From: an uncultured Clostridium sp.
GTDB taxonomy: Bacteria; Bacillota; Clostridia; TANB77; CAG-465
Length of the DNA stretch: 64,000 bases
Direction: 5' to 3'
Assembly: GCA_947361355.1 (NCBI GenBank)
Contig: CANAIR010000004.1
Coordinates: 17,226 to 81,225 of the forward strand
In this document: piece after piece, positions 58,449-64,000 of the stretch
How positions within the stretch are numbered: the first letter of the stretch is position 1
Layout: each line of letters begins with the position of its first letter
Position numbers and translations under genes: made by a program
Notes under the pieces: generated by a model
The model's input: only the letters and a program-made list of their open reading frames with translations
The model's database searches: none
Told to the model about the DNA's origin: nothing

Positions 58449-59747
58449 TTAAAATCTTATAACAATTTTTCCATTTTCTATACTAGAATTCAAACTATTA
58501 TCTAAATGCCATCTATTAAATTGCTCTAAATATTCATTTGCTTTTTGTTCATCATAAGTAAAATATTTTAAAACTTCTCTTTTATCATTTATGTACGTTG
58601 GTGTCATTGTAATTTTATTAATTTTTTTCTCTTTAGATACATTTATATTAAATATAAAGCTTTCTTTAGCAACATATAAATCTGAGTCACTTATTAAATA
58701 CCCAGTTGAATATATTATAGGTTTACCATTATATTGCACTATTGGATATACACCTGCTGCATGTGAGCCCATTACCATATCTGCACCTGAGTCTATTGCG
58801 TGCATTGAAATTTCTCTCATTTTATCTGTTACACCATATTCATATTCTCTTCCCCAATGTATATCAGCTATTACAACATCTGCATTTGATTTTGCCTCTT
58901 TAATATTTTTTTCTAAATTTTCTTTTGTATAAATACTTATATCTTGCTTTGTATAATTTTTATTTGTGCCTATTATTACAGAATTAGTTGATACAATTGC
59001 AATTTTTTTATCACCTTTTTCAAAATACACTGGAGTATCCTGTCTACCAGCAACAAACACATCATTTTTTTCTAATGTATCAATAGTATTTTTTAATATA
59101 TCTCCTGGGAAATCTACAATGTGGTCTGATGCTATTGAAGCACAATCTATTCCTAAAGCTCTAAACGCACTTATTACTTCCTTATTTACCAAATATTTAG
59201 ACTTGGCATTTTCTATTTTGTCTAAATTAGTAATATTTGTCGAAAAATTAGTATATGTAAAATCTGCTAAATTAGCCTCCATATACACATCTTTAAATGC
59301 AGTAGAATACACATAATTTAAATTTTTAGTAACTTGTCCTCCCATCATCATCTCCCCAAGTATTGCAATATCCATAGAGGAACTATCTTTATTTATACTT
59401 TTTTTCTTATCTACATTACTTAAAGCTCCTATTATTTCTTCACCATTTTTATTCTCTTTTTCATTTATATTATCCCTACTATTATTTTCATTTACTAGTA
59501 TGTTTTCATCATTTTTTTTCTCATCATTAACATTTTGATTAATAATTTCATCTGCTTTTTTACCCTTGTATACAATAGTTGACTTACTTACTTTCTTTTT
59601 TAACATAATACTTCCAATAACGCTAGTTGATAATATAAAAACACATACTATACTAGATATAATTACAGCATTTTTTATTGACAAATATTTCCTAATATCA
59701 TGTCTTCTTCTATTGAATTTAATTCTATCTCTAACAGACATCCCCAT
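58449..59747 (-). CDS. CapA-family (PGA_cap metallophosphatase-like) membrane-anchored protein
   Basis: 432 aa. N-terminal TM helix, low-complexity Asn/Lys/Glu linker, CapA-type motifs (ILGEMMMGG, ASDHIVDF, HWGREYEY, GSHAAGV). AAGAGGGGA RBS lies inside the mtaB 3' end. Confidence 0.8.
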   Translation of the reverse strand: MGMSVRDRIKFNRRRHDIRKYLSIKNAVIISSIVCVFILSTSVIGSIMLKKKVSKSTIVYKGKKADEIINQNVNDEKKNDENILVNENNSRDNINEKENKNGEEIIGALSNVDKKKSINKDSSSMDIAILGEMMMGGQVTKNLNYVYSTAFKDVYMEANLADFTYTNFSTNITNLDKIENAKSKYLVNKEVISAFRALGIDCASIASDHIVDFPGDILKNTIDTLEKNDVFVAGRQDTPVYFEKGDKKIAIVSTNSVIIGTNKNYTKQDISIYTKENLEKNIKEAKSNADVVIADIHWGREYEYGVTDKMREISMHAIDSGADMVMGSHAAGVYPIVQYNGKPIIYSTGYLISDSDLYVAKESFIFNINVSKEKKINKITMTPTYINDKREVLKYFTYDEQKANEYLEQFNRWHLDNSLNSSIENGKIVIRF

Positions 59748-60991
59748 AGTTTTTTATCCCCTCTTATTTTTACTTTTATATAATTTTTGGTAAAACCATA
59801 TAAAAAGCCGTTATTATATGATTCAACTAAAACATATTCTTTTTTACCTAAATAACTTTTCATATACTCTTTTTTTAATTTATTTGCAAGTGATATCAAA
59901 ATTTCACTTCTATTAGTTGAAATGTTTCCATCAACTTGATTTTCCATTTTAGCAGCTCTAGTCCATTTTCTTTTAGAATACTTAAACACATGTATTTCAT
60001 AAAACTTTATTTTTTTTACCCCTTCTAAAGTATTATTAAACTCTTCTTTTGTTTCACCTGGAAATCCAACTATTATATCACATGTAAAAGCACTATTTGG
60101 AATATTTTTTCTTATATTTTCTACAATTTTAAAAATATCTTCTCTTGTATATTTTCGATTCATTCTTTTTAAAACATTATTATCTAAACTTTGTACTGAT
60201 ATATGAAAATGTGGACATAGTTTTTCTACTTTAGAAAGCCTTTTTATAACATCATCTGTGAGTATTCTAGGTTCAATTGAACCAAGTCTAATTCTTTTTA
60301 ATCCATCTATTTTATTTACTCTTTCTATAACATCAATTAATGAAATTTTATTATCTAAATCTATACCGTATGAGGCTATTTCTATACCTACTAAAACTAC
60401 TTCACCTACACCGCTTTTTACTAATTTTTCTACTTCACAAACTATATCTTCTATATTTCTACTTCTAACTCTTCCTCTTACATAAGGTATAATACAATAT
60501 GAACAAAAGTTATTACACCCATCTTCTATTTTTACGCTTTCACGAATATTAATTCCAGTATTTAACATATCTTTTTGAACATATTTTTTAACTTTAGAAA
60601 TATCACTTATTTTATACATAATATCATGAGCTATATCGCTAACACAATGCTTATTTAAACTTTCTTCTACAATTTCTATTATATTATTTTTTTCTTCATT
60701 TCCAATTACAATATCTACATTTTTCAATAACAAAAAATTTTCTTTATCTTTTAACTCTTGAGCATAACATCCTGCAAGCACTGTAACTCCACCATTTTTT
60801 TTAGCTTTGCTCAACATTTGTCTTGTTTTTCTAGTTGACATATTAGTTACTGAACATGAATTTATTACATATATATCAGCTTTTTCATCAAATTCTACTA
60901 TTTCATAATTTTTATCTTTAAATTTTTTTATCATTAAATCTGTTTCATATTGATTTACTTTACAGCCTAAAGTATAAAATGCTACTTTCAC
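59675..60991 (-). CDS. mtaB: tRNA methylthiotransferase MtaB (radical SAM)
   Basis: 438 aa, GTG start. UPF0004 N-domain (YTLGCKVNQYE), radical-SAM CxxxCxxC (CNNFCSYC), C-terminal TRAM-like domain. Confidence 0.88.
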   Translation of the reverse strand: MKVAFYTLGCKVNQYETDLMIKKFKDKNYEIVEFDEKADIYVINSCSVTNMSTRKTRQMLSKAKKNGGVTVLAGCYAQELKDKENFLLLKNVDIVIGNEEKNNIIEIVEESLNKHCVSDIAHDIMYKISDISKVKKYVQKDMLNTGINIRESVKIEDGCNNFCSYCIIPYVRGRVRSRNIEDIVCEVEKLVKSGVGEVVLVGIEIASYGIDLDNKISLIDVIERVNKIDGLKRIRLGSIEPRILTDDVIKRLSKVEKLCPHFHISVQSLDNNVLKRMNRKYTREDIFKIVENIRKNIPNSAFTCDIIVGFPGETKEEFNNTLEGVKKIKFYEIHVFKYSKRKWTRAAKMENQVDGNISTNRSEILISLANKLKKEYMKSYLGKKEYVLVESYNNGFLYGFTKNYIKVKIRGDKKLWGCLLEIELNSIEEDMILGNICQ

Positions 60992-61017
60992 GACATACTC
61001 CTTTATATTATGACAAT

Positions 61018-61046
61018 ATTTTACTACATATTAAAGTATTTTGCAA
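61018..61046 (-). promoter_or_regulatory. sigma-70-type promoter (TTGCAA-17-TAAAAT) for mtaB
   Basis: Minus sense TTGCAA (61041-61046), 17-nt spacer, TAAAAT (61018-61023). Confidence 0.5.
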
Positions 61047-61060
61047 GTATAAAAAGCAAT

Positions 61061-61103
61061 AAAGAAAAATCATTAATTTACTAAATACCAATGATTTTTC
61101 TTT
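61061..61103 (-). terminator. intrinsic terminator after the 110-aa gene
   Basis: 14-bp stem AAAGAAAAATCATT / AATGATTTTTCTTT. Confidence 0.6.
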
Positions 61104-61125
61104 ATAATATGTTTAAATTTATAAA

Positions 61126-61458
61126 CTACTTATTTAATGACATAAAATAAAACATTCTACTTCTATCTACCATTTCGCAAAGTGCCATTAAAACAATTTT
61201 ATCATACTGATTTCCTGTTATATATCCTTTTTTTGATTTTCTATTTAGTTTCTTTTTTAATCTTCTTAACTCTACATTATCATACTTAATATAATAATCA
61301 GAACCATCAATATAATTACTTTCTACCCGATAATACCTTGAATAGCTATAAATAGTACAAATTCGAGTTTTACAAAAGTCACACATATATTTAGCTGCTA
61401 CTACATTTCCCTCACCTAAATATTCCTTTTCAGGATATATTACCCATTCTTCTTTCAT
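61126..61458 (-). CDS. hypothetical protein (110 aa)
   Basis: ORF with AAGGAGGA RBS. Cys cluster (CDFCKTRIC). No family recognised. Confidence 0.55.
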   Translation of the reverse strand: MKEEWVIYPEKEYLGEGNVVAAKYMCDFCKTRICTIYSYSRYYRVESNYIDGSDYYIKYDNVELRRLKKKLNRKSKKGYITGNQYDKIVLMALCEMVDRSRMFYFMSLNK

Positions 61459-61562
61459 GTTTTATCCTCCTTACAATTATGTAAAAAAATATTTATTATG
61501 TTTTATATAATATATCACACTATATAACAAAATGCAAATAAATTTATTATTCAATTTTTAGT

Positions 61563-62105
61563 CTAATCTATTTGTACACCTTTTACTACATTTGAATTAC
61601 TTGATTTCGTTGCTATCATACTATCAACTAAGCTTGAAGTTTCAGATGTATAGTTTACTGTTATTTGAGCAGGAGATTTTGTAGCAGCGTCACCAAACAT
61701 ATTAGCAAATGATTGCATATTCTTATTGGTTATATCTATTGATATAGTTAGATTATAACAAAAATCAAACATCGCTGTCATACTAGTAACACTACTTGTA
61801 TCAAAACTACTAAGATTTAATTTTTTTAACTTTTCACAATTTCCAAATATTCTATACATATTTGTAACCTTACCTGTATCAAGTTTATTTAAATCAAGTT
61901 CTTCTAAACTTATACATTGTAAAAACATTCCTTCCATATTTGTTACTTTACTTGTATCTAAAAGTTCTATATTTTCTATGCTTTTTAGATTTGACATACA
62001 AAAAAACAAATAACTAGAATTAGTACTTGCAAATATTTTTTCTTTTCCAGCTATTGTTAGTATATAATATCCTTCTGCACTGTCATCTTCTAGCCAAGCC
62101 ATCAC
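61563..62105 (-). CDS. BspA-type leucine-rich repeat (DUF285-like) surface protein fragment, no export signal of its own
   Basis: Repeats LDTSKVTNMEGMF / LDTGKVTNMYRIF / FDTSSVTSMTAMF. In the same frame as the upstream ORF, separated only by TAA-TTA-TGA. Confidence 0.6.
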   Translation of the reverse strand: MMAWLEDDSAEGYYILTIAGKEKIFASTNSSYLFFCMSNLKSIENIELLDTSKVTNMEGMFLQCISLEELDLNKLDTGKVTNMYRIFGNCEKLKKLNLSSFDTSSVTSMTAMFDFCYNLTISIDITNKNMQSFANMFGDAATKSPAQITVNYTSETSSLVDSMIATKSSNSNVVKGVQID

Positions 62106-62138
62106 ACTTTTATCTTGTGCTTGTGATATATCTCATAA

Positions 62139-62474
62139 TTAAACCACATTATTAAGGACTTTATCACGCAAATCAAACTTTATCTTTGTTATTTTACTTG
62201 TGTATTTAATATTGTGAAAATCTAAACTTGTCATAAAAGCATAGTAACGTATCATCGGATTTTCTGACTCTGCAATTTTTTCTCCTTCTTGATCTCCTTC
62301 TCCATATTGTGTTCCATTTATATTTACTGATAATAAACCTTGACTATCTACATACCATTTTGTTTCTCCTGTATATAATGGTAACTCTTTTCCTGTATAA
62401 TATGTTGTTCCTGAATTTTCTCCTACTTTAAACATTATATTTCCTTCTACTACAACGTTTCCATCTGTTCCCAT
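62139..62474 (-). CDS. hypothetical protein, probable middle fragment of the pilin-like/BspA gene
   Basis: 111-aa ORF. The nearest GGAG is 17 nt from the ATG. Its frame stays open 19 codons upstream of the ATG, up to the stop of the preceding ORF. Confidence 0.45.
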   Translation of the reverse strand: MGTDGNVVVEGNIMFKVGENSGTTYYTGKELPLYTGETKWYVDSQGLLSVNINGTQYGEGDQEGEKIAESENPMIRYYAFMTSLDFHNIKYTSKITKIKFDLRDKVLNNVV

Positions 62475-62527
62475 TATTTTATATGTTACTACTCCTTCTG
62501 TCTTTTTTGCTCCACTTGTTTTTATGT

Positions 62528-62800
62528 TTAATTATCCTTTATTGTTACTACATCTTGGTTTTCTGCCATTATTTTTCCTATTGTATTTGTAAATATAGCT
62601 TGCATATTTGCTACATCACTGTTTATTCTTGCTTTATTTGCCTCTATCATTGAATTATTATTTTGTAGTGATATTATAACTGCTGCTGCAAGTATTATTA
62701 CTACTATTATTGTTATAACTAGTACAATTAACGAAATACCCCTAGGGTTGGTTTTATAAAAAAGCTTTTGACCACTATTTTCTAATACTTTTCTACCCAT
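62528..62800 (-). CDS. prepilin-like N-terminal membrane-helix protein (type IV pilin-like leader region, atypical)
   Basis: 90 aa. NPRG-ISLIVLVITIIVVIILAAAVII resembles a prepilin leader plus hydrophobic helix, but lacks Glu at +5. Confidence 0.5.
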   Translation of the reverse strand: MGRKVLENSGQKLFYKTNPRGISLIVLVITIIVVIILAAAVIISLQNNNSMIEANKARINSDVANMQAIFTNTIGKIMAENQDVVTIKDN

Positions 62801-63021
62801 TTTTTGTTTATTTTTTTCATATTCTCCATCTCTTATTTTACTTATCTTTTATTATTTTTTCCTTTATTTTATATTCTATACTATTATCTTAATTAATCAT
62901 TGGAAACTAATTCCAATTTTAATATTTGTTTTGATTTTTTCTTTTAATTTCTAGTTATACATCTATTATTTCAACTATATTACATTTTTCTTTCTTTTTT
63001 ATTGCATACATTTAAGCACCC

Positions 63022-63062
63022 AAAACCTAGCTAAAGAAACTGATCTCCTTTAACTAGGTTTA
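63022..63062 (-). terminator. 16-17-bp hairpin followed by UUUU (terminator or attenuator) overlapping the end of the long frame of mini-ORF B
   Basis: Minus sense AAACCUAGUUAAAGGAG-AUCAG-UUUCUUUAGCUAGGUUU then UGGG, including G-U wobbles. Confidence 0.6.
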
Positions 63063-63092
63063 TATCTATCTTTTTATATTCATTTACATTTT

Positions 63093-63170
63093 TTACAAAA
63101 TTTTTATAACAGTTTCTTTCTGTTTCTTGCTTATAGTACCTGTGTGTGTGTGTGTGTGTAGTTTATTCAT
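63093..63170 (-). CDS. mini-ORF copy B (25 codons with nine CA units; 45 codons with eight)
   Basis: Own translation: MNKLHTHTHTGTISKKQKETVIKIL behind AAAAGGAG. Contains (CA)9. Whether it is a real gene is uncertain. Confidence 0.3.
   Translation of the reverse strand: MNKLHTHTHTGTISKKQKETVIKIL
63141..63158 (-). repeat. dinucleotide simple sequence repeat (TG)9 / (CA)9
   Basis: tgtgtgtgtgtgtgtgtg read directly at 63141-63158. Confidence 0.95.
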
Positions 63171-63222
63171 ACCTATATCTCCTTTTGTTTACATATTTTT
63201 TTATTTAGATAAAATAGTAATA

Positions 63223-63495
63223 CTACTTACCAATATATTCAAATCTATATTCTTGGTTATTTGGATTAATAGCCCCTTCAGGCACTTTTTCAAAAAACAT
63301 TTCTTTTGGTCTTGCCCATATTTGACCATATCCAAAATCTGACGATTCATAAAGCGCTCTATATACTATTAAATCTTCCAATGTTTCTGAATGTTTTGCA
63401 ACTCCAATAACCTCATATATTTTTTCACTACCTTTATAATGTCTATATTTTCCCATTTTTAATTCCATAATATACCTCCTATTATTTTTTAGCAA
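63223..63495 (-). CDS. DUF1653 domain protein
   Basis: 90 aa. YRHYKG...YEVIGVAKHSETLEDLIVYRALY...WARPKEMF is typical of DUF1653. Confidence 0.8.
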   Translation of the reverse strand: MLKNNRRYIMELKMGKYRHYKGSEKIYEVIGVAKHSETLEDLIVYRALYESSDFGYGQIWARPKEMFFEKVPEGAINPNNQEYRFEYIGK

Positions 63496-64000
63496 AATTT
63501 TTCTATATTTAATACGATATTATTATTCTTAGTCTTTCTTATTGCTTCACCTATTTTTATTTTTCCACACTTTTTAAATGAAACAACATCATCTTTATTT
63601 AATAAGGTGTTAGGATAAAATATATTTTTATCATTTATAAACAAATCACCTTTTACTATTTTTTCTTTTGTTTCACCTCTACTAAGATTAAATACTGCAC
63701 TAACAATAGTGTCTACTCTTAGTGAAGCTACAATATATTCCTTTGCTATAAATTTTATTTGTAACTTTTTTACACTACTGTCTAATAAACTTAATTTAGT
63801 TATTTTAACTTCTTGATTTCCTACTTTATATAAATTATCACATATATAATTGCTAACTGATTTCATACAGAAAACATACGCTATATCATTACTTACAAAT
63901 ATGTCCCCTACCATTTCATTTTTCAAACCTAAAGAATATATAGCACCCATATAGTCTTTATGTTTTAGTTTTCCTTTCACATTTGGAATTATGCTTAAAC
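63489..64000 (-). CDS. ylmH: YlmH-like S4-domain RNA-binding protein (N-terminus beyond the right edge)
   Basis: C-terminal S4 domain (LRVDTIVSAVFNLSRGETKEKIVKGDLFINDK) and the upstream segment DYMGAIYSLGLKNEMVGDI are typical of YlmH. The frame is open to the window edge. Confidence 0.7.
   Translation of the reverse strand, partial: LSIIPNVKGKLKHKDYMGAIYSLGLKNEMVGDIFVSNDIAYVFCMKSVSNYICDNLYKVGNQEVKITKLSLLDSSVKKLQIKFIAKEYIVASLRVDTIVSAVFNLSRGETKEKIVKGDLFINDKNIFYPNTLLNKDDVVSFKKCGKIKIGEAIRKTKNNNIVLNIEKFC

Noticed and set aside
62133-62141. The in-frame TAA-TTA-TGA between two ORFs raised the idea of a reassigned stop codon or alternative genetic code.
   Set aside because: All housekeeping genes (lysS, pnp, glyQS, metK, mreB and others) read as full-length proteins in the standard code with no internal TGA or TAA. 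The junction also contains TAA as well as TGA.

Overview
This is a 64-kb window from a very AT-rich, low-GC Gram-positive (Clostridia-like Firmicutes) chromosome. G+C looks like roughly one quarter by eye; I did not compute it. It uses the standard genetic code and has strong GGAGG-type ribosome-binding sites. There are many textbook TTGACA-17-TATAAT promoters and hairpin-plus-U terminators. Nearly every gene is on the minus strand. The exceptions are an ISL3 transposase and two small genes at 57.0-58.0 kb.

Content from left to right:
(1) A housekeeping block: ddl (partial), lysS, greA, an unknown 319-aa gene, cdaA, glyQS, a GNAT, a P-loop/Asp23 fusion and pnp.
(2) A cell-surface block:
- a sortase-anchored cohesin protein;
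- a 1192-aa transglutaminase-like/Ig/cohesin/dockerin protein whose 5' end is broken at A7 tracts;
- galE, a GT2, a polysaccharide deacetylase, a GT-C-like membrane protein and a cadherin-like protein;
- a 1317-aa glucosaminidase with 198-bp tandem repeats.
(3) A 1.5-kb ISL3-family insertion sequence.
(4) A glycan locus of about 23 kb (27.3-50.7 kb) that is rhamnose-type and ABC-transporter-dependent. It holds a pgm/pmm gene plus rmlDACB, and wzm/wzt with an extended Wzt C-terminus. It has three paralogous double-GT2 enzymes. It has two methyltransferase/coiled-coil proteins, one with a kinase-like insert (WbdD-like), and an embedded metK. A GtrB-like/DUF2304/GT-C decoration module completes it.
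(5) A morphogenesis block: mrdA, mreD, mreC, mreB, radC and a DUF4321 gene.
(6) mtaB, a capA-like gene, small unknown genes, a fragmented pilin-like/BspA-LRR surface gene preceded by a (CA)9-containing mini-ORF and a strong hairpin, then DUF1653 and ylmH (partial).

No rRNA, tRNA or CRISPR was seen. The observations I rate highest are:
- the WbdD-like cap-and-measure machinery with its own metK;
- the dinucleotide-repeat mini-ORF coupled to a terminator hairpin, with a paralogous copy hit by the IS;
- the cohesin-dockerin surface module with homopolymer-disrupted signal peptide.

All family assignments come from reading the translated ORFs by eye. No database search was run.
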